Positions 1 through 16,112 of a stretch of 64,000 nt of DNA are shown one piece after another (positions within the stretch are counted from its first letter, which is position 1; each line of letters begins with the position of its first letter). The stretch comes from the human T2T-CHM13v2.0 reference genome, Homo sapiens, in NCBI RefSeq assembly GCF_009914755.1, contig NC_060931.1; one strand, 5' to 3'. Below the pieces are notes generated by a model, which saw only the letters and a program-made list of their open reading frames with translations, did not search any database and was not told the DNA's origin. Made by a program: the position numbers and the translations under genes.

Positions 1-1165
1 GATATCCTGTCATTCTAGCACTATTTTTTGAAAAGGCTTTCTTTTCCCATTGAATTATTTTGGCATGTCTGTCAAAACAGTAAATAACCACGTACATGTG
101 GGTTTATATTTCAGCTCTCTATTTGGTTTCATTGATCAGTTTGTCTATTCTTACGCCATTACCACATTGTCTTGATTAATGTAGCTTGATAATAGGTATT
201 AAATTCAAGTACTGAAGTCCTTTAACTTTCTTCTTATGACTTTGGATAGTCTAGATACTTTTAATTTTCATATACCTTTAAAAATAAGTTTGTTCATTTT
301 TATCAGAAAGCCTTTATGGTATTATTATTAGCATTGGATTGAATATATGACTGATAACTATACTAAATCTTCCAATTCAAGAACTTGGAGTGTCGCCCCA
401 TTTATTTAGTGTTCTTGAATTTCTGTTAGCAATATCTTATAGTTTTTAGTGGAGAGATTTGTACATCTTTTTAAAATTTATTCCTTTTTTCAAGTTCCTT
501 TTTAATATGTTTGTTTTTTGACACTATTATTAATAAAATTGTTGTTTAATTTTATTTTCCAATTGTTTGCTGCTAATATATAGAAGTGCTGTTGATTTTT
601 GTTTGTGGATCTTGTATCTTGCCAACTTACTAAATTCACTTATGAATTCTAATAATTGTATTTAGAATTCTTCAGTATTTTCTACTTAAATAATTATGCC
701 ATTTGTAAATAGAAACAGTTTTCCCCCTTCTTTTCAATCTCTTTGCCTTTTATTTATTTTTCTTGCCTTACTGCACAGACCAGGATCTCCAGAAAAATGT
801 TGAACATGAGTAATAAGGGTAGACATTCTTTGTTTTCCTAATTATAGGGAGAAAGTATCAATATTTCACCATTGGATATAATGTTAGGTACTCTTTACTA
901 GGTTAAGTAACTTCCTTTCTATTTCTGTTTTACTAGCATCTGTTTTGAATGGGTGTTGAATTTTGTCAAATGCTTTTTCTGCATCCATTGAGATTATCAT
1001 GTGATATTTCTTTTTTGGTATGTTAATATGATAAATTACACTAATTTTAAATGTTAAGCCTATGTTGCATTCCTGGAAAAAACCCAATATGGTTATAATG
1101 CATTATCTTTTTAATATATTATTTGAATCAATTTGCTAATGTTTTGCTAAGGATTTTTGCATCTA
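1..1165 (-). mobile_element. Old LINE-1 (L1M-type) ORF2 fragment, reverse transcriptase region, continues past window start
   Basis: Minus ORF 884-1087 contains [19 protein letters not shown] (L1 RT motif); T-rich antisense L1 composition; heavily degenerate. Confidence 0.85.
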
Positions 1166-1351
1166 GTATATATTATTTTTTAATAAAATTTAAAATCACA
1201 GAGTACCTGGTCTGGCACTTCTGGAGACATTTCAGAAAGTATCTGAATAGATGAGGTTTTAAAATGCTATCAAAATAGATTTGTTCAAACAAAAACACTG
1301 GGAATATCCATGTTCCCCCTTCAGTCAAGCAGCCAAATAGAAAATAGAGAT

Positions 1352-2778
1352 CACCAGTACCATGCTGTTTTGGTTACTGTAACCAGCATGGTACTAGTAC
1401 CAAAACAGAGATATAGACCAATGGAACAGAACAGAGCCCTCAGAAATGATGTCACATATCTACAACTATCTGATCTTTGACAAACCTGACAAAAACAAGC
1501 AATGGGGAAAGGATTCCCTATTTAATAAATGGTGCTGGGAAAACTGGCTAGCCACATGTAGAAAGCTGAAACTGGATCCCTTCCTTACACCTTATACAAA
1601 AATTAATTCAAGATGGATTAAAGACTTAAATGTTAGACCTAAAACCATAAAAACCCTAGAAGAAAACCTAGGCAATACCATTCAGGACATAGGCATGGGC
1701 AGAACTTCATGTCTAAAACATCAAAAGCAATCGCAACAAAAGCCAAAATTGACAAATGGGATCTAATTAAACTAAAGAGCTTCTGCACAGCAAAAGAAAG
1801 TACCATCAGAGTAAACAGGCAACCTACAGAATGGGGTAAAATTTTTGCAACCTACTCATCTGACAAAGGGCTAATATCCAGAATCTACGAAGAACCCAAA
1901 CAAATTTACAAGAAAACAAATAACCCCATCAAAAAGTGTGCAAAGGATATGAACAGACACCTCTCAGAAGAAGACATTTATACAGCCAAAAAACACATGA
2001 AAAAATGCTCATCATCACTGGCCATCAGAGAAATGCAAATCAAAACCACAATGAGATACCATCTCACACCAGTTAGAATGGCGATCATTAAAAAGTCAGG
2101 AAACAACAGGTGCTGGAGAGGATGTGGAGAAATAGGAACACTTTTACACTGTTGGTGGGACTGTAAACTAGTTCAACCATTGTGGAAGTCAGTGTGGCGA
2201 TTCCTCAGGGATCTAGAACTAGAAATACCATTTGACCCAGCCATCCCATTACTGGGTATATACCCAAAGGATTATAAATCATGCTGCTATAAAGACACAT
2301 GAACATGTATGTTTATTGCAGCATTATTCACAATAGCAAAGACTTGGAACCAACCCAAATGTCCAACAATGATAGACTGGATTAAGAAAATGTGGCACAT
2401 ATACACCATGGAATACTATGCAGCCATAAAAAATGATGAGTTCATGTCCTTTGTAGGGACATGGATGAAGCTGGAAACCAGCATTCTCAGCAACCTATCG
2501 CAAGGACAAAAAACCAAACACCGCATGTTCTAACTCATAGGTGGGAATTGAACAATGAGAACACACGGACACAGGAAGGGGAACGTCACACACTAGGGAC
2601 TGTTGTGGGGTGGGGGGAGAGGGGAGGGATAGCATTAGGAGATATATCTAATGCTAAATGACGACTTAATGGGTGCAGCACACCAACATGGCACATGTAT
2701 ACATATGTAACAAACCTGCACATTGTGCACATGTACCCTAAAACTTAAAGTATAATAATAATAAAATTTTTTAAAAAA
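1352..2778 (+). mobile_element. 5'-truncated L1PA (ORF2 C-terminus, 3'UTR, polyA) with a ~29-bp 5' inversion
   Basis: ORF2 fragments ([22 protein letters not shown]), L1 3'UTR G-tract and tail; TSD AGAAAATAGAGAT at 1339-1351 and 2779-2791. Confidence 0.95.
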
Positions 2779-3768
2779 AGAAAATAGAGATTACTTACTT
2801 CATCTTTATTAGAGAAGTTTTGCCACAATTTCATACCATTTCCTAGAAATTAACTAAAATATCATCTAAGTGTAACCAACTAATAAGCTGTTCTCCAAAA
2901 GTAGACTTCAGTTGTTATATGTCAAACTAGAAGACTAACCAAATGAAGAAAGTCTCACTGAGTTCTTAGTGTAGAATCTTGAATAGTTAGAACGAATGCA
3001 TTTTCTTAAGAAAAAATGCTCATAGTGCCACTTCAAGGAAGTAGTAAAACCCATAAGTCGTCAAACTAAAAGAATCAGCAGGCAGCAGTCCTTAAGAGAA
3101 AGAACTCATGAGTCATAGTGGTCTACAGAGTAAACAGAAGTCAGCATGGTAATTCGGTGATCTCAACTAACCCAAATTTACTAAGAACTGTTGAAATCCA
3201 CTGAAATCCAGGATAGGCAGCATCTGGAGTTATGATTTTTTGCTTTATGTTTACATATGTTTTATGTTTATACTGAAGCCTCATACACATTCATGAAGGA
3301 TGGCTATTCTATTACACTGCAGTCCTTCCATGCCACCTAAATGTTGTGGCCCTCTGCCATGATTGGCACTTTTTCCCCCTCTTGTCCTCTGTCCTTCTCC
3401 CTACTCCCAGCACTCTTGAGTAATCTTCTACCTGTCCTCCTTTTCCTCCTCCTACTGTCTGCCCTCTAGCCCGATGCTGCATGGGCCTGTCACAGCCTTT
3501 TATGGTACCTGGCGACTACCACAAGGACCATTTTGCCTAGAGGGATGCCAAGGGCTAAAAGGACTCTACCCAAGAAAACCTCCTTATAACCAACTATTTG
3601 ATCCTTTAAAGAGAAAGTTTGACATTTACCATAAGCAAGTATTATTTTTGTCAAGATCCGCACAGGGCTCTTCAGCATTCGTCATCATCCCCCTCATCAC
3701 TTTTATCCACAGCCACTTTCTTTGACTATAATGCAGCTAATGATGAAAGTGGAAAGTGGAATAAGGCA

Positions 3769-3775
3769 ACACACA

Positions 3776-3846
<71 letters not shown>
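3769..3846. repeat. (CA)n microsatellite, about 34 uninterrupted units
   Basis: Direct reading of sequence. Confidence 0.99.
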
Positions 3847-3848
<2 letters not shown>

Positions 3849-5660
3849 CCTTGTCCCTGATAAATGTTTAAGAGAACAGAAGCCTTTGCATGGTGAGGAT
3901 TTGGGCAGGCTATATTGTTCTACAGTATGTCAGTTGATAACTTTCACTGCCTCCAAGTCATTGTGCTTTCCCAAGTGAAGAACCTTTGGCTGAGCCCTGG
4001 AAATATACATGCTCCACAGAAATGAAAAGTTATTAAACTAAGACTGCAGGGGAATGCAGAGGAATGCTCTGTTTGTAATTCTGGGGCAAATGCTTTGTAA
4101 TGTACTTTTGAAAGCTTAACAAAATTACTTAAAATCATGCAGGGAAACAACAACCTTTTTAAAAATCTGGTACCCAAGGATTTCATTTATCTTTTAAATC
4201 TAGTTGCTGCAAAATACTGATAATGCGCAAAATTTTCAAGATGTTAAATCTGCAGCTACCAGTGGCTTGCTGAATTAATCAAATTACCTTAAAGTTCATG
4301 CAGTCAGTGAGAAAAATTTAATGATATTCAAAACTTTCATGGTAATAATTACAGTTGAAGAGTGTCAGTCAGTTGAGAATTACGTGAAAAATGAATAGAA
4401 TGAAAATCTGAATTAGGATATCAGAACGTCCATAAATTGTGGGGAAAGTGAACCATGAAAATAAAATTCACTTATGTTCATTTAGAAGGAGGAAATAAAA
4501 GAAAGTATGTTGGAATTTGAGCCTAGGGAAAATTTAAGGATGGGGTAGTTCTAATGGAGTAAGAGAAAGAGGAGTTAAGGATGGTTGTGAAAGCAAGATG
4601 GAAATGATAGGACATTATTTCTTCTTATATACCAGCTTCTCTCATTTTAGGGTGCCAAAAACAGCTATTATAATTCACCTATTCCTTCCACCCACAAGTT
4701 TCTTCTCCCTGATATCATCTGTGTGCACACCTTTTATTTTTCCTCCATATTTTTGAAAGAAGAGGTAACATAGTCTATGAAGTATTTTTCCTGTTTAAAA
4801 AAATAATTGATTTTTCAAAGCATTACAACATAGGAAGCTGAGATAACTTTCAATAAAATACATTTTTTTCTATTACCTCTCACCTTACACAGGTCCCCTT
4901 TCTTAAAAGTTGGCAAGGTATTGGATTTTTTAAAAAATAAATTGACTTTATATATTTTTTAAAGACGTCTAGTGGGTGAAAACATCTTTCACATTTCAAA
5001 ATTAGCATTGTCTACACACTGAATTTTTATAGAAGGCAGCCACAACAGATGGTACTGTGACTTTTTAAAAATTATTGACTCAATAAACAGGTGTGTGTCT
5101 TCCGTGTGCTACGCCACACAAATGTTTTATAAAACCCCTTCTGGCCAAGCACATTAACACAATCTGGAGGCTGCTGGAAGACTACCGGAAAAGTCAATAG
5201 AGCTTTCTGGGAATATATGAAATGTTGAAAAGACCCTTCTTCCAAATGTCCCTGTTGAAAGATTATGTATCATTTTTCTCCATTTCAGAGGCATAAGACA
5301 GAAACTTACTGTATATGAGTGTGAAACAAAGAGAAAAAGAAAAATTGCTCCCATTGTGATGCCAAAAATAATAAAGAGAAAAACGCTCATTGAGTTATTC
5401 ATTCATTCATTTAGCCTGTTTTTTTATATTTTTATTTTATGTATTTATGTATTTTTATTATACTTTAAGTTCTAGGGTACGTGTGCACAACGTGCAGGTC
5501 TGTTACATATGTATACATGTGCCATGTTGGTGTGCTGCACCCATTAATGCATCATTTACATTAGGTGTATCTCCTAATGCTATCCCTCCCCTCTCCCCAC
5601 ACCCCACAATAGGCCCCAGTGTGTGATGTTCCCCACCCTGTGTCCAAGTGTTCTCATTGT

Positions 5661-9482
<3,822 letters not shown>

Positions 9483-9544
9483 TGTGACGTTAGCTGGTTA
9501 TTTTGCTCGTTAGTTGATACAGTTTCTTCCTAGCCTCGATAGTC

Positions 9545-10572
9545 TTTACAATTTGGCATGTTTTTGCAGTGGCTGGGACCAGTTGTTCCTTTCCATGTTT
9601 AGTGCTTCCTTCATGAGCTCTTGTAAGGCAGGCCTGATGGTGACAAAAGTCTCTCAGCATTTGTATGTCTGTAAAGTATTTTATTTCTCCTTCACTTATG
9701 AAGCTTAGTTTGGCTGGATATGAAATTCTGGATTGAAAATTCTTTTCTTTAAGAATGTTGAATATTGGCTCCAACTTTCTTCTGGCTTGTAGCGTTTCTG
9801 CTGAGAGATCTGCTGTTAGTCTGATGGGCTTCCCTTTGTGGGTAACCCGACCTTTCTCTCTGGCTGCCCTTAACATTTTTTCCTTCATTTCAACTTTGGT
9901 GAATCTGACAATTATGTGTCTTGAGGTTGCTCTTCTCGAGGAGTATCTTTGTGGCGTTCTCTGTATTTCCTGAATTTGAATGTTGGCCTGCCTTGCTAGG
10001 TTGGGGAAGTTCTCCTAGATAATGTCCTGAAGAGTGTTTTCCAAGTTGGTTCCATTCTCCCCTTCACTTTCAGGTACACTAATCATATGTAGATTTGGAC
10101 TTTTCACATAGTCCCATATTTCTTGGAGGCTTTGCTCATTTCTTTTTACTCTTTTTTCTCTAAACTTCTCTTCTCACTTCATTTCATTCATTAGATCTTC
10201 AATCACTGATACCCTTTCTTCCACTTGATCAAATCGGCTACTGAAGCTTGTGCATTCATCATGTCATTCTCGTGCCACGGTTTTCAGCTCCATCAGGTCA
10301 TTTAAGGTCTTCTCTACACTGTTTATTCTAGTTAGCCATTCGTCTAATCTTTTTTCAACGTTTTTAGCTTCTTTGCGATGGGTTCGAACATCCTCCTTTA
10401 GCTCAGAGAAGTTTGTTATTACTGATCGTCTAGAGCCTTCTTCTCTCAACTCGTCAAAGTCATTCTCCATCCAGCTTTGTTCCATTGCTGGTGAGGAGCT
10501 GCTTTCCTTTGGAGGAGAAGAGGTATTCTGATTTCTAGAATTTTCAGCTTTTCTGCTCTGGTTTCTCCCCAT
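9545..10572 (-). pseudogene. Disrupted L1 ORF1 of copy A
   Basis: Fragments MGRNQSRKAENSRNQ... and MKEKMLRAAREKGRVTHKGKPIRLTADLS. Confidence 0.9.
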
Positions 10573-11325
10573 GTTTGTGGTTTTATCTACCTTTGGTCTT
10601 TGATGATGGTGACGTACAGATGGGGTTTTGGTGTGGATATCCTTTCTGTTTCTTAATTTTCCTTCTAACAGTAAGGACCCTCAGCTGCAGGTCTGTTGGA
10701 GTTTGCTGGACGTCCACTCCAGACCCTGTTTGCCTGGGTATCACCAGCGGAGGCTGCAGAACAGCAAATATTGCAGAACAGCAAATGTTGCTGCCTGGTC
10801 CTTCCTCTGGAAGCTTCTTCTCAGAGGAACACCCAGCTGTATGAGGTGTCAGTCGGCCCCTACTGGGAAGTATCTCCCAGTTAGGCCACTGGGGGATCAG
10901 GGACCCACTTGAGGCAGTCTATCTGTTCTCAGATCTCAAACTCTGTGCTGGGAGAACCACTATTCTCTTCAAAGCTGTCAGACAGGGACGTTTAAGTCTG
11001 CAGAAGTTTCTGCTGCCTTTTGTTCAGCTATGCCCTGCCCCCAGAGGTGGAGTCTACAGAGGCAGGCCGGCCTCCTTGAGCTGCAGTGGACTTCACCCAG
11101 TTCCAGCTTCCTGGCAGCTTTGTTTACCTACTCAAGCCTCAGCAATGGTGGATGCCCCTCCCCCAGCCTCTCTGCCACCTTGCAGTTCAATCTCAGACTG
11201 CTGTGCTAGCAGTGAGTGAGGCTCCATGGGCTTAGGACCCTCTGAGCCAGTCACAGGTTATAATCTCCCGGTGTGCCATTTGCTAAGACCATTGTAAAAG
11301 CACAGGATTAGGGTGGCATTGAATG

Positions 11326-14300
11326 AAACCAGCTCCTGGATTCATTGATTTTTTTTGAAGGGTTTTTTGTGTCTCTATTTCCTTCAGTTCTGCTCTGATC
11401 TTAGTTATTTCTTATCTTCTCCTAGCTTTTGGATGTGCTTGCTCTTGCTTCTCTAGTTGTTTTAATTGTGATGTTAGGGTGTCAATTTTAGATCTTTCCT
11501 GCTTTCTCTTGTGGGCATTTAGTGCTATAAATTTCCCTGTACACACTGTTTTGAGTGTGTCCCAGAGATTCTGGTATGTTGTGTCTTTGTTCTCGTTGGT
11601 TTCAAAGAACATCTTTATTTCTGCCCTCATTTCGTTTTGTACCCAGTAGTCATTCAGGAGCAGGTTGTTCAGTTTCGATGTAGTTGAGTGGTTTTGAGTG
11701 AGTTTCTTAATCCTGAGTTCTAGTTTGATTGCACTGTGGTCTGAGAGACAGTTTGTTATAATTTCTGTTCTTTTACATTTGCTGAGGAGTGCTTTACTTC
11801 CAAGTCTGTGGTCATTTTTGGAATAAGTGCTGTGTGGTGCCGAGAAGAGTGTATACTCTGTTGATTTGGGGTGGAGAGTTCTGTAGATGTCTATTAGGTC
11901 TGCTTGGTGCAGAGCTGAGTTCAGGTTCTGGATATCCTTGTTAACCTTCTGTCTTGTTGATCTGTCTAATGTTGACAGTGGGGTGTTAAAGTCTCCCATT
12001 ATTATTGTTTGGGAGTCTAAGTCTCTTTGTAGGTCTCTAAGGACTTGCTTTATGAATCTGGGCACTCCTGTATTGGGTGCATATATATTTAGGATAGTTA
12101 GCTCTTCTTGTTGAATTGATCCCTTTACTATTATGTAATGGCCTTCTTTGTCTCTTTTGAACCAACAAAGTTGGTTTAAAGTCTGTTTTATCAGATACTA
12201 GGATTGCGACCCCTGCTTTTTTTTTGCATTCCATTTGCTTGGTAGATCGTCCTCCATCCCTTTATTTTGAGCCTATGTGCGTCTTTGCACGTGAAATGGG
12301 TCTCCTGAATATAGCACACTCATGAGTCTTATCCAGTTTGCCACTGTGTATCTTTTAATTGGGGCATTTAGCCGATTTACATTCAAGGTTAATATTGTAT
12401 GTGTGAATTTGATCCTGTCATTATGATGTTAGCTGGTTATTTTGCCCATTAATTGATGCAGTTTCTTCATAGCATCAGTAGTTTTTACAATTTGGCCTGT
12501 TCTTGCAGTGGCTGGTACTGGTTGTTCCTTTCCATGTATAGTGCTTCCTTCAGGAGCTCTGGTAAGGCAGGCCTGGTGGTGACAAAAATCTCTCAGCATT
12601 TGCTTGTCTGTAAAGGATTTTATTTCTCCTTCACTTATGAAGCTTAGTTTGGCTGGATATGAAATTCTGGGTTGAAAATTCTTTCCTTTAAGAATGTTGA
12701 CTATTGGCTCCCACTTTCTTCTGGCTTGTAGGGTTTCTGCTGAGAGATCCGCTGTTAGTCTGATGGGCTTCCCTCTGTGGGTAACTCAACCTTTCTCTCT
12801 GGCTGCCCTTAACACTTTTTCCTTCATTTCAACCTTGGTGAATCTGACAATGATGTGTCTTGGGGTTGCTCTTCTGGAGGAGTATCTTTGTGGCGTTCTC
12901 TGTATTTCCTGAATTTGAGTGTTGGCCTGCCTTGCTGTATTGGGGAAGTTCTCCTAGATAATATCCTGAATAGTGTCTTCCACCTTGGTTCCATTCTCCC
13001 CATCACTTTCAGGTACACCAATCGAACGTAGATTTGGTCTTTTCACATAGTCCCATATTCCTTGGAGGCTTTGTTCATTCCTTTTTCCTGTTTTTTCTCT
13101 AACCTTGTTTACTTGTTTTATTTAATTAATTTGATCTTCAGTCACTGATACCCTTTCTTCCACTTGATCAAATCAGCTATTGAAGCTTGTGCATGCATCA
13201 CGAAGTTCTCATGCCATGGTTTTCAGCTCCATCAGGTCATTTAAGGTCTTCCCTACACTGTTTATTCTAGTTAGCCATTCGTCTAATCTCTTTTCAACGT
13301 TTTCAGCTTCCTTACGATGGGTTCAAACGTCCTCTTTTAGCTCGGAGAAGTTTGTTATTACCGACCTTCTGAAGCCTACTTCTGTCAACTTCTCAAAGTC
13401 ATTCTCCGTCTAGCTTTGTTCCGTTGCTGGCAAGGAGCTGTGAACCTTTCGAGGAGAAGAGGCACTCTGATTTTGAGAATTTTCAGCTTTTCTGCTCTGG
13501 TTTCTCCCCATCTTTGTGGTTGTATCTACCTTTGGTCTTTGATGTTGGTGACGTACAGATGGGGTTTTGGTGTAGATGACCTTTTTGTTGATGTTGATGC
13601 TATTTCTTTCTGTTTGTTAGTTTTCCTTGTAACAATCAGGTCTCTCAGCTATAGGTCTGTTGGAGTTTGCTGGAGTTCCACTCCAGACCCTGTTTGCCTG
13701 GGTATTACTAGCGGAAGCTGAAGAACAGCAAATATTACAGAACAGCAAATATTGCTGCCTGATCCTTCCTCTGGAAGCTTCGTCCCAGAGAGGCAGCTGC
13801 CTATATGAGATGTCTGTCGGCCCCTACTTTGACATGTCTCCCAATTAGGCTATACAGGGGTCAGGGACCCACTTGAGGAAGCAGTCTTTCCGTTCTCAGA
13901 GCTCAAACACAGTGCTGGGAGAACCACTGCTCTCTTCAGAGCTGTCAGACAGGGATGTTTAAGTCTGCAGAAGTTGTCTGCTGCCTTTTGTTCCGCTATG
14001 CCCTACCCACAGAGGTGGAGTCTAGAGGCAGTAGGCCTTGTTGAGCTGTGGTGGGCTCCGCCCAGTTCGAGCTTCTTGGCCGCTTTGTTTACCTACTCAA
14101 GCCTCAGCAATGGCAGACGCCCCTCCCCCAGCCAGGCTGCCATCTCGCAGATGGATCTCAGACTGCTGCATTAGCAGTGAGCAAGGCTCCATGGGCATGG
14201 GCACTGCTGATCCAGGCATGGGAGAGAATCACCTTGTCTGCCGGTTGCTAAGACCTTGGGAACAACAGAATATTGGGGCAGGAGTGTCCTGCTTTTCCAA

Positions 14301-14535
14301 GTAGTCTGTCATGGCTTCCCTTGGCTAGGAAAGGGAAACCCCCCAACCCCTTGTGCTTCCCGGGTGAGACAATACCCCACCCTGCTTTGGCTCACCCTCC
14401 GTGGGCTGCACCCACTGTCCAATCAGTCCCAGTGAGATGAACCAGGTACCTCAGTTGGAAATGCAGAAATCACCCGTCTTCCATGTTGATCACACTGGGA
14501 GCTACAGACTGGAGCTGTTCCTATTCAGCCATCTT
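11326..14535 (-). mobile_element. 5' half of a second L1PA (approximately PA6-PA7), copy B: 5'UTR, ORF1 and ORF2 endonuclease region; 3' half absent
   Basis: Ends in reverse complement of L1 5' terminus with YY1 core (GCCATCTT 14528-14535); paralogous to 8386-11316 but with many substitutions; EN ORF 11412-12065. Confidence 0.95.
14110..14304 (+). CDS. L1 ORF0 homologue (antisense ORF in the 5'UTR of copy B), 64 aa
   Basis: MADAPPPARLPSRRWISDCC...VSCFSK resembles recalled ORF0p N-terminus MAGAPPPASLPPCSLISDCC; expression unknown. Confidence 0.55.
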   Translation: MADAPPPARLPSRRWISDCCISSEQGSMGMGTADPGMGENHLVCRLLRPWEQQNIGAGVSCFSK

Positions 14536-15169
14536 CACTGTTTTAATTTTTATCACATGAGATGCAGTGGCCCTGCCTCAGACCTTCTCATGGCTCATAA
14601 AGGTGCATTTATTCAAAAGGCAGCAATGAAGAGCTTCCCTGTGATCTCCAAGTTGAGTCCAAGACCCATCTTAATAGAGAGAATTTATTTGTTGAGACAA
14701 ATCATACAAGCCTTCTTTAGAGGCAGCAATATCTTCTTGAAATATTTTCTTCCATTTGTGAAGATGTGGATAAATCTCTTAGTATGATTTATTGATGGTT
14801 ACAAGTCTAAATGGTCACTTTTTCAGCTCTGTATATCCAAGATGAAGTAAAGATAACAACAATTTTCCTGCATCTTTCTGGATCTTATCGAATGATTAGG
14901 AAATTAAAACCCCTCTGTTCCGGTCTATCTGTGTGTTTCAAGATGTGTTAAAAGCACATGAATAACAAAACATAGCTAGTAAACAGAAAACTCTTCAATA
15001 AACGTCATACCTGCCTTGGTAGTCACAGGATCTACTGGCATAGGGTGGAGGCTACATTCAGATACCGTGTAATACAACTTAAGATTTACATTCCTCAGCT
15101 TGGCCAGCTTTCATCTCACGTGCATTGCCAGAAAATGTGCAGCTAGGTCTTTGCACTCTTCATTGCAGC

Positions 15170-15335
15170 GACTAATGAGTTCTAAATCATTATCTGTTTA
15201 CATGTTTGTTCTCCCCAAGTGACCATGAGCTCATTTAGGGAATCAGTGACTCATCTTTGTTCATCCATTTTATCCCCAATATTAATTCCAACATTTGACC
15301 CATATCTGTGTGCTGAATAAATGTTTTTTGAACTA
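15170..15335 (+). mobile_element. L2 3'-end remnant
   Basis: Degenerate L2 tail motifs ending TGCTGAATAAATGTTTTTTGAA. Confidence 0.55.
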
Positions 15336-16112
15336 CAGGAGCTCATAAACACTACCTCTTCTGTTCTTTCCCACTGAAACCAACTGTAATCATCAGCCCT
15401 CCAAATAAATTTATGCTGTACCTGTTTCCTGTTTCTGTCATGTAGCTATAGCATGACAAATGGATTCATAATGATGTAACAACAATAATATTTTGCCTAA
15501 TAGAAGTAACATTATTTTATTAGTTTGAATATGTAGCATGTTAAGGCATTTCTTTCCATTTAAAATTCTTTTTTGGAATAAATGTTCTTTCTTTTGCATA
15601 TTACTTAACTCATTTCAGTCATTCTTTTTGCGAATATTCATTTAAAGCTGTCTTTAGAGTTAACTAAAAAATAAACTTTCCATTTTCACTCTTTATATTT
15701 TAAGATTTAGTATAACTGAATCATTAAGTGCTTTAGCTAAGACTAGAAGATGCATCTTTAAACTGATCCCTTTGATTAAAGCTAGTTTGCAGGCTGCTGA
15801 TAATGCAGTCATACCAGAAGGAATTAAATGCTTATTGTTCTTACTATATTATACATCTCTACTTTATTCCATTATACAAATAGATACAGCCTGCCTCTAT
15901 TGACATGGTGGGGGGAGGGGAATGTGATTACTTTCATTCAAAGGAAGTATAATCCTTATTAATTGAAGTCTGAAATGGAATGTATTTCTAAGGAACTAGA
16001 ATTATCTTTGCCAAAATTCTGACTGGAATTTTCCTATTTCAATCAATATATGCAACTGCTTTGCATAGTGACATTGCTGGCTTCTGCTAACATTACTCCC
16101 TTTGCTTATATG

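Noticed and set aside
3619-3978. ORF with poly-(His-Thr)
   Set aside because: Read-through of the (CA)n tract.
10756-10795. Tandem GCAGAACAGCAAAT duplication
   Set aside because: Also present in copy B (13720-13755), so a feature of the L1 subfamily 5'UTR rather than a local event.
15700-16090. Repeat-free TAAT-rich stretches as possible conserved enhancers (also about 4.1-4.4, 43.5-43.8, 63.4-63.8 kb)
   Set aside because: Conservation cannot be judged from one sequence; no specific evidence.
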